DNA from: Oceanospirillaceae bacterium
Lineage (GTDB): Bacteria; Pseudomonadota; Gammaproteobacteria; Pseudomonadales; Balneatricaceae
DNA: 64,000 nt
Assembly (NCBI GenBank): GCA_003521845.1
Contig: DPHB01000024.1
Coordinates: 13,523 to 77,522 of the forward strand
Reading direction: 5' to 3'
Both the position numbers and the translations under genes were made by a program. Of this stretch, positions 1-10,805 are shown in pieces (within the stretch, counting starts at the first letter, position 1; every line of letters starts with the position of its first letter). The notes beneath the pieces were generated by a model that saw only the letters and a list, made by a program, of their open reading frames with translations, had not been told where the DNA came from and made no database searches.

Positions 1-731
1 CAAGCAATAAACATCACATGCGGCAAGGCCGTTAAACCTATACCCAACACCAGTAGATAAACCAAATCTTTGGCCGTTGGCACTGGGGATGTCGAGCCTA
101 GGCCTGATATTAAGGCCGGCAAATCGACTAATAACAAGCACATCAAGGCCGCCAGCACCTGCTGCCAAAAGCCCAGTTTTATGCCGCCAAAAACATGCAC
201 CAGAGATTTGTTTTGCAAGGCTAAAACAGCGAACAAAGCACCCGACAACACACCCCAAACTAGCCCCTGAAAAGCTGAATTATGCCAACTAATAGCAGGG
301 GCCACCAACCATAACCCCAATACCACTAGCAGCGTTGTGAAACCGTCTTTGGCATCCACTTTCCGTCCTTGTAAGAGGGCTTCCAGCAAGGTGACAAAAA
401 CGGGAAATGCTGAAAAACCTACCAATGCCACCCCTACGCCAGATACTTGAATAGCGTAGAAAAAACTCCACCAATGCCCCACCAACACCAAGCTAGAGCA
501 TAGCAAATAGCCAACTAGCTTAGGGGTACTGGTAACGGTTTGAGATGGCCACCATCGCGTCTGTGATGTGTGCTTTAGCAAAGCCATAAACGCCGCTAAC
601 GCTAAGGCTCCAAACAAGGTACGCCCTAATACGAGCTGCATGGCAGGCAGATCGACTAGCTTGCCAATAAGGGCCGCCGTACCGAATAACAGTACCGACA
701 AATGCAATTGCACGGTGGGGGACATTCTCAT
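1..731 (-). CDS. DMT/EamA family transporter (3' end runs off the window)
   Basis: Manual translation from ATG at 731 (alternative 725): MRMSPTVQLHLSVLLFGTAALIGKLVDLPAMQLVLGRTLFGALAL...; hydrophobic, open to the window edge; absent from the ORF track because it has no stop. Confidence 0.8.
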   Translation of the reverse strand, partial: MRMSPTVQLHLSVLLFGTAALIGKLVDLPAMQLVLGRTLFGALALAAFMALLKHTSQTRWWPSQTVTSTPKLVGYLLCSSLVLVGHWWSFFYAIQVSGVGVALVGFSAFPVFVTLLEALLQGRKVDAKDGFTTLLVVLGLWLVAPAISWHNSAFQGLVWGVLSGALFAVLALQNKSLVHVFGGIKLGFWQQVLAALMCLLLVDLPALISGLGSTSPVPTAKDLVYLLVLGIGLTALPHVMFIA

Positions 732-746
732 ATTCGCGCAGACACC

Positions 747-1436
747 TTAAGACAAACCTTGTAGCGCATCTTGTAACTGCTGCAAGCTGGCAATGCTGGC
801 ATCGGGATGCAGTTCCCACGGGTCAAACACATTTTGTGGTGTACGCTGCACCCAGACCGCATACCAACCAGCTGCCTTGGCACCAATAACATCAAAAGGA
901 TTACTTGAGATCAGCACACAGGCTTCCGGTTTCCCACGCGCATGTTGTTTAGCAAAGGCATCATAAACCACTGCGGCTGGTTTGAAGCTGCGTACCTGAT
1001 TTACACTAAACACACCTAACAGATGTTGGTCCAGTTGTGCATAAGATAGCACTTGGGCCACGCCCGCTGGTGTGCCATTGGAGAAAGCCCAGCAATCTAA
1101 ACCTGCCCCTTGTAGTTGCTGCAAACTCTTGGGCACTTCATCAAAAGCGGGGAGTTCGCCATACACGGCCATCAAAGCTTGCTTGTTGGTATCACTAAGT
1201 TGAGTATTAAGCTGCAAGTCGGCATAGTCCAAGCCCGCTTGGGTACAAACGCCAAAATCACGGTAATGGCCCGCCCCACCCATGGCGGCACGGCGAAAAG
1301 TGTATTCCAATTGCTTGTTACGCCACAGAGTAGAAAAAGCCACCGCCTGCTCACCCACCATGGTTTGCAACAAGGCCACCACCCCATGAGGATCGATCAA
1401 GGTGCCATAAACATCAAATGCTAGAACTTTTTTCAT
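747..1436 (-). CDS. Haloacid dehalogenase, type II (HAD superfamily)
   Basis: FDVYGTL motif I, WRNKQLEY, FSNG, FKP and SSNPFDV motifs. Confidence 0.88.
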   Translation of the reverse strand: MKKVLAFDVYGTLIDPHGVVALLQTMVGEQAVAFSTLWRNKQLEYTFRRAAMGGAGHYRDFGVCTQAGLDYADLQLNTQLSDTNKQALMAVYGELPAFDEVPKSLQQLQGAGLDCWAFSNGTPAGVAQVLSYAQLDQHLLGVFSVNQVRSFKPAAVVYDAFAKQHARGKPEACVLISSNPFDVIGAKAAGWYAVWVQRTPQNVFDPWELHPDASIASLQQLQDALQGLS

Positions 1437-1458
1437 TACCTTCTCCTTGTTTGCAACC

Positions 1459-1474
1459 CGTCATTGCGAGCGAC
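1459..1474. repeat. Partial CGTC-type REP-like repeat
   Basis: CGTCATTGCGAGCGAC matches the ends of the repeats at 32513 and 48642. Confidence 0.5.
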
Positions 1475-2515
1475 CTAGTCCAAACGCGATTGAAGTGCAA
1501 CTAGGTTGGGCAGATTATTACCCATCTCAACACTCGTAGAGCGGCCCCGCTCTTGGCGTGGTGTAATGCTAAAATGGCTACGGTAGGTGGTACTAAAATG
1601 ACTGGCCGACGAAAAGCCCGCCGCCATGCTGACCTCGACAATCGACATATCTGTATCGCGTAACAATTGCCGTGCTTTGTCTAGGCGCAATTGCAGATAA
1701 AAGCGCGAGGGTACTGTATCTAGGTGGCGTTTAAATAAACGCTCCAAATGACGCCGTGATAGTCCAACCAATCCGGCCAGATCATCAGATGACAAGGGTT
1801 CATCTAGATTGCTTTCCATTAGGGTAACGGCTTCCGTAAGCTTTGGTTGGCGATTACCCAAGCGCGCTTGTAGTGGTATACGTTGTACGGCATCGGCACT
1901 GCGCCCACGTTCCAACAACAGCCATTCGGTCACCTCTGCCGCCAACTGGGCATAGCCATGAGATAATAACCAAGCCAGCAACACATCTGCCGTGGCGCCG
2001 CCACCAGCACAGGTCATGAGGCAGGGCTTACTATCTCCTAACGGCTCTTGGCAATACAACTGTTGCGACCAATTAACCCGACTATAGGCCGTTTTTAAAC
2101 GTTCATATTGCGACCAATGGCAAGCAACCATACGCTCATCTAAAACGCCTGTTGCCGCTAAAGATTCGCAAACATTACCGATCAAAATCAGTTCGCTAGC
2201 GTTATTAAACTGCTGCACCAGCCAGGTTAGGCAGGTTTCCGGCAAATCAACCGCTGGCCCATTACCAGAAAGCACCAGTAAAGTACGAAAGCGATGGCTG
2301 GCCTGTAAGGGTTGACTAGCAGGTAAAGGACTAGGCCCCACTGTGGCTTCGGCAAGGTGCAAAGGTTGTACTTGCAACCAGTCTTGCGCTTGCATAATAG
2401 GCAAACTACACATATCCCACGCCAAACCCACCTGCGACCAGCTAGCCTCAGGTAAGGTAAGCAGCCCAAGTGTAAAGTCTGTGGCTAATCTGGAGGGTGA
2501 ATTATGTGCTGTCAT
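1475..2515 (-). CDS. argR: GlxA/AraC-family regulator, Pseudomonas-type arginine regulator ArgR
   Basis: DJ-1-like N-terminal domain plus AraC double HTH (PKLTEAVTLMESNLDEPL..SRRHLERLF); divergent from the ast operon. Confidence 0.8.
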   Translation of the reverse strand: MTAHNSPSRLATDFTLGLLTLPEASWSQVGLAWDMCSLPIMQAQDWLQVQPLHLAEATVGPSPLPASQPLQASHRFRTLLVLSGNGPAVDLPETCLTWLVQQFNNASELILIGNVCESLAATGVLDERMVACHWSQYERLKTAYSRVNWSQQLYCQEPLGDSKPCLMTCAGGGATADVLLAWLLSHGYAQLAAEVTEWLLLERGRSADAVQRIPLQARLGNRQPKLTEAVTLMESNLDEPLSSDDLAGLVGLSRRHLERLFKRHLDTVPSRFYLQLRLDKARQLLRDTDMSIVEVSMAAGFSSASHFSTTYRSHFSITPRQERGRSTSVEMGNNLPNLVALQSRLD

Positions 2516-2570
2516 AGGTTAAGCATAAAACCATGTAGCCAACGTCTACTCAAGTGTTTTCTATGGCTTT

Positions 2571-2612
2571 TGTCCGACTCTGTCAACTTGGGGTCGCTAG
2601 AACTAAATTTGC
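2571..2612 (+). promoter_or_regulatory. Putative ArgR operator, two direct half-sites
   Basis: TGTCCG-N8-AA-N5 followed by GGTCGC-N8-AA-N5; same geometry as the Pseudomonas ArgR consensus TGTCGC-N8-AA-N5; lies between argR and astC. Confidence 0.65.
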
Positions 2613-2681
2613 CATCTAGTAACAGCACCGTTTTTTTTCAATAATAATTGTTATTGTCAGCCGCTTCTTTAGGAAATACCC

Positions 2682-3899
2682 ATGTCCAATAGCAATCTCA
2701 CGCGCAACCTTTTCGATCAAGTAATGGTGCCCAACTACAACCCATCTGGCATCATTCCTGTACGCGGTAAAGGCTCGCGTATTTGGGATCAAAACGACAA
2801 AGAATATATCGACTTTGCTGGTGGCATTGCCGTCACCAGCGTTGGCCATTGTCATCCAGAGATGATGGCTACTTTGCAAGACCAAGGTAGCAAAATTTGG
2901 CACCTGGCCAACGTCATGACCAATGAACCGGCACTAGCACTAGCACAAACCCTGACTGACGTAACCTTTGCCGAACGTGTATTTTTTGCCAATTCTGGTG
3001 GCGAAGCTAACGAAGCGGCTTTTAAGCTAGCGCGCCGTTATGCACACGACAAGTTTGGCCCAGAAAAGCATGAAATCATTGCCTTTCACCAAGGCTTCCA
3101 CGGGCGTACCTTGTTTACCGTGAGCGTGGGCGGACAGCCTAAATACAGCCAAGGCTTTGGCCCCGCAATAGAGGGGATTACTCACCTGCCCTATAACGAT
3201 ATTGCCGCCCTAGAAGCGGCCATATCCCATAACACCTGTGCTATCGTCATGGAACCCTTGCAAGGCGAAGGTGGCATTATTGCTGCCACGCCTGCCTTTG
3301 CCAAGCGGGTGCGTGAGCTGTGTGATAAGCATAATGCCTTGCTGGTGATGGACGAAGTACAAACCGGCGTCGGCCGTCTTGGTACCTTGTATGCCTACGA
3401 GCAATTAGGCATCACACCTGACATTATGACCTCGGCCAAGGGCTTAGGTAATGGTTTCCCGGTGGCCGCCATGCTGACCACCACGGATGTGGCAAGCCAC
3501 CTAGTACCAGGCACCCATGGCAGCACCTACGGCGGCAACCCTTTAGCCTGCGCCATTGCTGGCAAAGTGATTGACCTAGTTAACACACCGGAAGTACTGC
3601 AAGGTGTGCGCAACAAGTTTGAATTATTTAAAGCGGGACTAGAAAAAATCAATGCCACTACTCCTTTTTGTGCCGAAATTCGTGGCAAGGGCTTGTTGAT
3701 TGGCTGCGCGCTTACAGAAAACTACCAAGGTAAAGCCGGCTTGTTCCAAAAGGAGGCTATGGAAAACGGTCTTATGGCCCTAGTGGCAGGCCCTAACGTG
3801 GTGCGCTTTGCACCGTCTTTGTTGATTCCTGATGCTGACATAGAAGAAGGTCTGTCACGCTTTGCCAAGGCCGTAGCGCAAGCTGTCGCACAAGACTAA
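2682..3899 (+). CDS. astC: Succinylornithine/acetylornithine transaminase
   Basis: Class III PLP aminotransferase ([27 protein letters not shown]); first gene of the ast operon. Confidence 0.92.
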   Translation: MSNSNLTRNLFDQVMVPNYNPSGIIPVRGKGSRIWDQNDKEYIDFAGGIAVTSVGHCHPEMMATLQDQGSKIWHLANVMTNEPALALAQTLTDVTFAERVFFANSGGEANEAAFKLARRYAHDKFGPEKHEIIAFHQGFHGRTLFTVSVGGQPKYSQGFGPAIEGITHLPYNDIAALEAAISHNTCAIVMEPLQGEGGIIAATPAFAKRVRELCDKHNALLVMDEVQTGVGRLGTLYAYEQLGITPDIMTSAKGLGNGFPVAAMLTTTDVASHLVPGTHGSTYGGNPLACAIAGKVIDLVNTPEVLQGVRNKFELFKAGLEKINATTPFCAEIRGKGLLIGCALTENYQGKAGLFQKEAMENGLMALVAGPNVVRFAPSLLIPDADIEEGLSRFAKAVAQAVAQD

Positions 3900-3923
3900 T
3901 CATACCGTAACTTAAGGAATCCC

Positions 3924-5165
3924 ATGTCAGCACAGCCACTAACCTTGAATGCAACAGAACAACAAGCTTGTGCTTGGATTGATCAACAACAAGCGCTGAT
4001 GGAGGCCAAACTCTGGCAGTTGGCCAATATTAATTCCGGTAGCTACAACCTGGACGGCATTGCTAAGGTAGCCGCCACGCTGGCAACTTGGGCCCAAGAC
4101 TTAAACTGTGACCTGCAGTATATCGACCTTGCCCAGCAAGACGTGGTGGACAACAAAGGCCAGATAGGTCAACAACAACTTGGCCAAGCTTTGCAGTTAC
4201 GCCAACGGCCTGAGGCTCCATTACAGCTGTTTTTATGTGCCCATATGGACACGGTATTTGCCGTTGATCACCATTTCCAAGAAGTACGCTGGCTGGACGA
4301 AGAACATATCACTGGCCCCGGCGTAGCTGACCTAAAGGGTGGCATCGTGGTGATGTTAACCGCCTTACAAGCTTTGGAAGCTTCACCCCTAGCGACGTCG
4401 GTTGGCTGGACGGTTTTATTTAATCCAGATGAAGAAATTGGCTCCCCGGGTTCGGCAAGCTTGTTTCCTGCTTTCGCCGACAGCCACCATGTGGGCTTAA
4501 TTTACGAACCTAGTTTTGCCGATGGCAACCTAGCTGGGGAACGCAAAGGCAGCGGTAATTTTTCCGTAGTTAGCCATGGCAAGGCCGCCCACGCCGGACG
4601 GGAGCACCACCTCGGGCGCAATGCCATTCGGGCGATGGCTGATTTTGTCAGCGCTATTGATGAATTAAATGGCAAGCGTCAAGGTGTTACTATTAACCCA
4701 GGCTTTATCGAAGGTGGCGGCGCCACCAATGTGGTACCCGACACCTGTGTGATGAAATTTAATATCCGTACCCAACAACCTAGCGACGAAGCTTGGTGCC
4801 AAGCGCAATTACAAAGCATTTTGGCAGATATCAATCTACGCGATGGCATCAACTTAGACCTACACGGCCACTTCGGCCGTACGCCGAAAGTAATGACACC
4901 AGCCTGGCAACAGCTATGTGATTTATTGCAGAGCTGTAGCCAAAGCCTGCAAATGCCTACGCAGTTTATGCCAACAGGCGGTTGCTGTGATGGCAACAAC
5001 CTTGCTGCTTCAGGCCTACCCAATATCGACACCCTGGGTGTGCAAGGAGGCAATATACACAGTGATAAAGAATATATGCGCTTGGCCAGCCTGTCAGAAA
5101 GAGCTAAGCTAAGCGCTTTGTTAATGTTACGTTTGGCCAAAGCTGGCCCAGATATCTGGTCGTAG
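3924..5165 (+). CDS. M20 metallohydrolase (ArgE/carboxypeptidase G2-like), candidate succinylglutamate desuccinylase
   Basis: HMDTV, ADLKGG, DEEIGS, YEP and GNIHS metal-ligand motifs; embedded in the ast operon. Confidence 0.8.
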   Translation: MSAQPLTLNATEQQACAWIDQQQALMEAKLWQLANINSGSYNLDGIAKVAATLATWAQDLNCDLQYIDLAQQDVVDNKGQIGQQQLGQALQLRQRPEAPLQLFLCAHMDTVFAVDHHFQEVRWLDEEHITGPGVADLKGGIVVMLTALQALEASPLATSVGWTVLFNPDEEIGSPGSASLFPAFADSHHVGLIYEPSFADGNLAGERKGSGNFSVVSHGKAAHAGREHHLGRNAIRAMADFVSAIDELNGKRQGVTINPGFIEGGGATNVVPDTCVMKFNIRTQQPSDEAWCQAQLQSILADINLRDGINLDLHGHFGRTPKVMTPAWQQLCDLLQSCSQSLQMPTQFMPTGGCCDGNNLAASGLPNIDTLGVQGGNIHSDKEYMRLASLSERAKLSALLMLRLAKAGPDIWS

Positions 5166-5249
5166 GTCGGGTTTTAACCCGACAATGCCAAAATAAAGTT
5201 CGTCCAACAAATTGCAGCCCTTACATTGTCGGACTAGAGTCCGACCTAC
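5162..5249. repeat. GTAG-type REP doublet (REPIN-like)
   Basis: GTAGGTCGGGTTTTAACCCGAC paired with inverted GTCGGACTAGAGTCCGACCTAC; near-identical copy at 50885. Confidence 0.85.
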
Positions 5250-5264
5250 AAATGAGATAACGCC

Positions 5265-6287
5265 ATGCTAATCGTTCGCCCCATTCAACAAGCCGACCAG
5301 GCGGCACTCACTGAATTTGCCGCCGCCGCTGGCGTGGGGCACACCAACCTGCCTCAGGACGATACTCGCCTACAAGCTAAAATTGACCATAGCGAGCTGT
5401 CTTTTACGGCTAGCATCCAACAAGCCTCCGACGAAAGCTATCAGTTTGTTTTGCAGGACTTGGCGCAAGATACCTTGGTAGGCACATGCGCAATTGATGC
5501 CTGCATAGGCCTTAGTCAGCCCAACTACAGTTACCGTCTCAGTACCATCGTGCATGCATCCAAGGACCTAAAAATGGTGAATAGGGTACTGGCCCTTCAC
5601 CTTAGCCATGACTATACGGGTGTGAGCCGTTTGAGTGCTTTTTTCCTTAGTCCAGCTTATCGCCATAGTTTTCATGATCAATTGTTATCCAAGTCGCGTT
5701 TGTTGTTTATGGCGCGTTTTCCAGAGCGCTTTGCTGGCACCACTATCGCCGAAATCAAAGGCATTATCGACGACCAGCAAGTATCGCCTTTTTGGGAAGG
5801 TGTTGGTCGTCATTTCTTTAATATGGATTTTGCTGACGCAGACTTAATGACGGGCACCAACAACAAGGCTTTTGTTGCTGATTTGATGCCTCGTAACCCT
5901 TTATACGTACCCTTGTTGCCAGCTACAGCACAAGCTGTCATCGGCCAGCACCACGAGGACTTTGAAGACATTATTAATATACTGGAACACGAAGGCCTGC
6001 ACTTTGAGGATCAAGTAGATATTTTTGATGCCGGGCCAATATTGGAAGCCCGTACTCGCAACCTACGCACCATCCGCAACGCCCAGACAGCCACCATTGC
6101 CATTGCTAGCACCCATGTAGAACTACAACAAGGCCAACGTGTATTGGTGAGCAACAACCGCTGCCAAGGTTTCCGATGCCTGTTGGTACGTAAGGATGAG
6201 CGCAGCGATACCATCACCCTCAGTCAAGCTCAGGCCGAAGCTTTGCAGGTAATCAGTGGCGAACAAGTACTCTACTCGCCTTTGTAA
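5265..6287 (+). CDS. aruF: Arginine N-succinyltransferase, alpha-type subunit (AruF-like)
   Basis: AstA fold (MLIVRPI, SPFWEGVGRHFF, VDIFDAGP); first of two paralogues; LEHEG where the second copy has LEDEG and lacks its HTST-region His context. Confidence 0.85.
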   Translation: MLIVRPIQQADQAALTEFAAAAGVGHTNLPQDDTRLQAKIDHSELSFTASIQQASDESYQFVLQDLAQDTLVGTCAIDACIGLSQPNYSYRLSTIVHASKDLKMVNRVLALHLSHDYTGVSRLSAFFLSPAYRHSFHDQLLSKSRLLFMARFPERFAGTTIAEIKGIIDDQQVSPFWEGVGRHFFNMDFADADLMTGTNNKAFVADLMPRNPLYVPLLPATAQAVIGQHHEDFEDIINILEHEGLHFEDQVDIFDAGPILEARTRNLRTIRNAQTATIAIASTHVELQQGQRVLVSNNRCQGFRCLLVRKDERSDTITLSQAQAEALQVISGEQVLYSPL

Positions 6288-6300
6288 TTGATGACCAAAT

Positions 6301-6465
6301 CGTCTTGCGAGCACCTCACACCGTCTTAGCGAGTACCCTAAACCGTCTTTGCCAGCGCAGCGAAGCAATCTCCATGGTTTAGCACTTTGCCGGCAAGAGA
6401 TTGCTGCGTACTTCCTTAGCATGCGCCGCGAGCATAGCGAGTGCTTTGGGTACCTCGCAAAGACG
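6301..6465. repeat. CGTC-type REP cluster with stuttered ends and a nested 38-bp element
   Basis: Three successive CGTCTT..GC starts, GCGCAGCGAAGCAATCTC, and a closing CTCGCAAAGACG. Confidence 0.75.
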
Positions 6466-6581
6466 TTTTCCTGCAAGTTAATAGCCGATTTCCTAAAGCA
6501 ACTGAGCGCCTTTGCCATTACTATGGCACTATAAATTAAACAATGTATGGCTAGCGTTACTGACGCCCTACCTTTGTAAAA

Positions 6582-6624
6582 ATAGTCTGGCACTTTGGGG
6601 TCAGACCCCAAAGTGCCAGACTAT
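6582..6624. repeat. Perfect 43-bp palindrome of the GGGGTCAGA family
   Basis: ATAGTCTGGCACTTTGGGGTC-A-GACCCCAAAGTGCCAGACTAT, 21-bp arms. Confidence 0.9.
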
Positions 6625-6640
6625 AGTGAGGTCTCTCGTT

Positions 6641-7678
6641 ATGATGATAATTCGCCCGTTAGCCGTCAGTGATCAAGGCTCACTAATGGATCTGGCCCGT
6701 AAGGCCGGTGTTGGTTTTACGTCTCTGCCCGCTGATGAGGATCTCATTGATCGTAAGGTAAAAGCCTCTTTAGCCGCTTTTACGGCACCTGCCAATTTAC
6801 AAGAAGAGCAAAGTTATGTCTTTGCCTTAGAAGACACCGAAACCGGGCGTATAGCGGGCATCTGTGGTATTGAATCTGCCGTCGGTTTAAGTTCGCCTTG
6901 GTACAACTACCGCATTGGTACCTTGGTGCATTCTAGCCGTGAGCTCAATGTACATCAGTCATTCCCTACCTTGTATTTATCCAATGACCACACAGGTTGC
7001 GCTGAAGTGTGCACCTTGTTTTTAGACCCCGAATACCGTCACAGCAAAAACGGCAGCTTGCTTTCCAAGTGCCGTTTTTTGTTTATGGCTGAATTCCCAG
7101 AGCGCTTTAACGACAAGGTTATTGCCGAAATGCGTGGTGTTTCTGATGAGCAAGGAGAGTCACCTTTTTGGGAAGGTTTGGGCCGCCATTTTTTCAGCAT
7201 CGACTTTGCCGAAGCCGACCGTTTAACCGGCCTTGGCCAAAAGCAATTTATAGCCGAATTAATGCCTAGCAACCCCTTGTACGTCAATATGCTACCGCAC
7301 GCTGCCCAAGCGGTCATTGGCCAAGTGCATACCAGCACCGTGCCAGCCCGCAAAATGCTAGAAGACGAGGGTTTCCGTAGCCAAGGTTATGTGGATATTT
7401 TTGACGCTGGCCCAACCCTAGAATCCCGTGTTGAAGACGTACGTGCCGTGCGCGAAAGCCGCTATGTGAAAGCCCGTATCAACGACAAGGCTCACCAAGG
7501 CCGCACCACACCGTGCCTAGTGAGCAACACCCGACTAGAGGGCTTCCGTTGCTTGTGGGCCGACTTGGATATGTCCCACCCCAGCCAGCTAGACATCAGT
7601 AGCGAAATAGCCCAAGCCCTGCAAATTCAGGCGGGTGACACGGTACGTTGTGTACCTTTATTTGCGTCCCAGCGCTAG
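6641..7678 (+). CDS. astA: Arginine N-succinyltransferase, beta/catalytic subunit (AruG/AstA)
   Basis: GFTSLP, NDHTG, CTLFL, IAEMRG and YVDIFDAGPT motifs; real start MMIIRP at 6641 with a GAGG RBS; the 6512 start runs through repeat DNA. Confidence 0.92.
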   Translation: MMIIRPLAVSDQGSLMDLARKAGVGFTSLPADEDLIDRKVKASLAAFTAPANLQEEQSYVFALEDTETGRIAGICGIESAVGLSSPWYNYRIGTLVHSSRELNVHQSFPTLYLSNDHTGCAEVCTLFLDPEYRHSKNGSLLSKCRFLFMAEFPERFNDKVIAEMRGVSDEQGESPFWEGLGRHFFSIDFAEADRLTGLGQKQFIAELMPSNPLYVNMLPHAAQAVIGQVHTSTVPARKMLEDEGFRSQGYVDIFDAGPTLESRVEDVRAVRESRYVKARINDKAHQGRTTPCLVSNTRLEGFRCLWADLDMSHPSQLDISSEIAQALQIQAGDTVRCVPLFASQR

Positions 7679-9181
<1,503 letters not shown>

Positions 9182-9192
9182 AGAGTATTGAT

Positions 9193-10566
9193 ATGCGTAT
9201 GCAACACATGACAAGAGAAGCAAATTTTGATGGCCTAGTAGGCCCAACCCACAACTATGGTGGTTTGTCCTACGGTAACGTTGCTTCCAGCAACAACTCC
9301 GCCAAGGCCTCACAACCTAAGCTTGCCGTACAGCAGGGACTACAGAAAATGAAGTCCTTGCATGACCTTGGCATGCTGCAAGGTGTGCTAGCCCCGCAAG
9401 CAAGGCCTGATATTCAAACCTTGCGCCGTTTGGGTTTCAGCGGTTCCGATAGCCGGGTGATTGAACAAGCCGCCAAGCGCCAACCTAACCTGCTGGCCGC
9501 ATGCTACTCGGCTTCCAGCATGTGGACCGCCAATGCGGCTACGGTTTCCCCTAGTGCCGACACAGCAGATGGCCGTGTGCATTTCACCCCTGCCAATCTG
9601 GTCAATCGTTTCCATCGTTCTATTGAACATGCAACCACGGGCCGTATTTTGCAAGCTACCTTTGGCAACGATAAGCATTTTGCTCATCATCAAGCCTTAC
9701 CATCTACTGACCATTTTGGTGACGAGGGCGCTGCTAACCATACGCGTTTTTGTCAGCAGTATGGCGACCCAGGTGTGGAGCTTTTCGTCTACGGCCAGCA
9801 AGCATTTAACGCCAACGCACCTAAGCCTGCTAAGTTTCCCGCTCGCCAATCTTTGGAAGCCAGTCAAGCTATCGCTCGCTTACATGGCTTGGCCGATGCG
9901 CAGGTGGTTTTTGCGCAACAAAACCCCGCTGTGATCGACGCTGGTGTATTCCACAATGATGTCATTGCCGTGGGCAATGGTAACGTGCATTTTTATCATC
10001 AGCAGGCATTTTTAAATGCTAGTCAGGTAAGCGCTGATTTACAAGCGGCCATGGATAGCATTCACGGCTCTGCCCAACCTATGCATTTTATCGAAGTGCC
10101 TGAGTCCGCTGTTAGCGTGGCAGATGCAGTAAACAGCTACTTATTTAACAGCCAATTAATTCAATTACCAGAGTTACCTGTAGGCCACATGGCTTTGGTG
10201 GTACCACAAGAATGCCACAACAACCCAGCCGTATGGGCTTACTTGCAGGAGCTACAGCACAGTTCAGCACCGATAGATGAAGTACTGGTATTTGACCTAA
10301 AGCAGAGCATGAGTAATGGCGGCGGACCTGCTTGTTTACGCTTACGGGTAGCCTTGAGTGATGCAGAGCAACAGGCCGTAAACCCTGCTTGTATAATGAG
10401 CGACAGCTTGTTTGACACGCTCATGCAATGGAGTAACAAGCACTATCGCGATCAGCTCACTGAAGCTGATTTGGCCGATCCCAACTTACTAAATGAAAGC
10501 TACAGTGCCTTGGACGAACTAACGCAAATACTTAAGCTTGGTAGTGTTTACGAGTTTCAACTATAG
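9193..10566 (+). CDS. astB: N-succinylarginine dihydrolase
   Basis: [50 protein letters not shown]; start may be 9208. Confidence 0.96.
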   Translation: MRMQHMTREANFDGLVGPTHNYGGLSYGNVASSNNSAKASQPKLAVQQGLQKMKSLHDLGMLQGVLAPQARPDIQTLRRLGFSGSDSRVIEQAAKRQPNLLAACYSASSMWTANAATVSPSADTADGRVHFTPANLVNRFHRSIEHATTGRILQATFGNDKHFAHHQALPSTDHFGDEGAANHTRFCQQYGDPGVELFVYGQQAFNANAPKPAKFPARQSLEASQAIARLHGLADAQVVFAQQNPAVIDAGVFHNDVIAVGNGNVHFYHQQAFLNASQVSADLQAAMDSIHGSAQPMHFIEVPESAVSVADAVNSYLFNSQLIQLPELPVGHMALVVPQECHNNPAVWAYLQELQHSSAPIDEVLVFDLKQSMSNGGGPACLRLRVALSDAEQQAVNPACIMSDSLFDTLMQWSNKHYRDQLTEADLADPNLLNESYSALDELTQILKLGSVYEFQL

Positions 10567-10622
10567 GGCGAATCTGTCATGTTCTTGCCCTAACTATTAA
10601 ATCGTAACAAGAGGTGCAATTG

Positions 10623-10712
10623 ATGAGCACTTTATCCAAACGTTCAACCCTATACTTTGAACCGGCTATTCACCAAGCCTTAAAAAGCAGTGCCCCTTCT
10701 AGAGATCCGTGA
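10623..10712 (+). pseudogene. Truncated CopG/RHH antitoxin-like gene remnant
   Basis: RBS GAGGT then MSTLSKRSTLYFEPAIHQALK(SSAPSRDP*); resembles the strand plus first helix of RHH antitoxins; only 29 codons. Confidence 0.55.
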
Positions 10713-10727
10713 TTAAAGATCTTGGCA

Positions 10728-10798
10728 AGGGACTGGCACTTTTGTTGCGTTGGACTACAGGGACAGGCACTTTTGCTGCGCAAAAAAAGCCAGTCCCT
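10728..10798. repeat. GGGACTGGCACTTTT repeat cluster (two direct copies, one inverted)
   Basis: AGGGACTGGCACTTTT at 10728, AGGGACAGGCACTTTT at 10759, inverted AAAAAAGCCAGTCCCT at 10783; shares CTGGCACTTT with the 6582 palindrome. Confidence 0.75.
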
Positions 10799-10805
10799 TA
10801 TAGTG

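Noticed and set aside
6512..6640. N-terminal extension of astA in the ORF track
   Set aside because: It reads through a palindromic repeat; the true start with an RBS is at 6641
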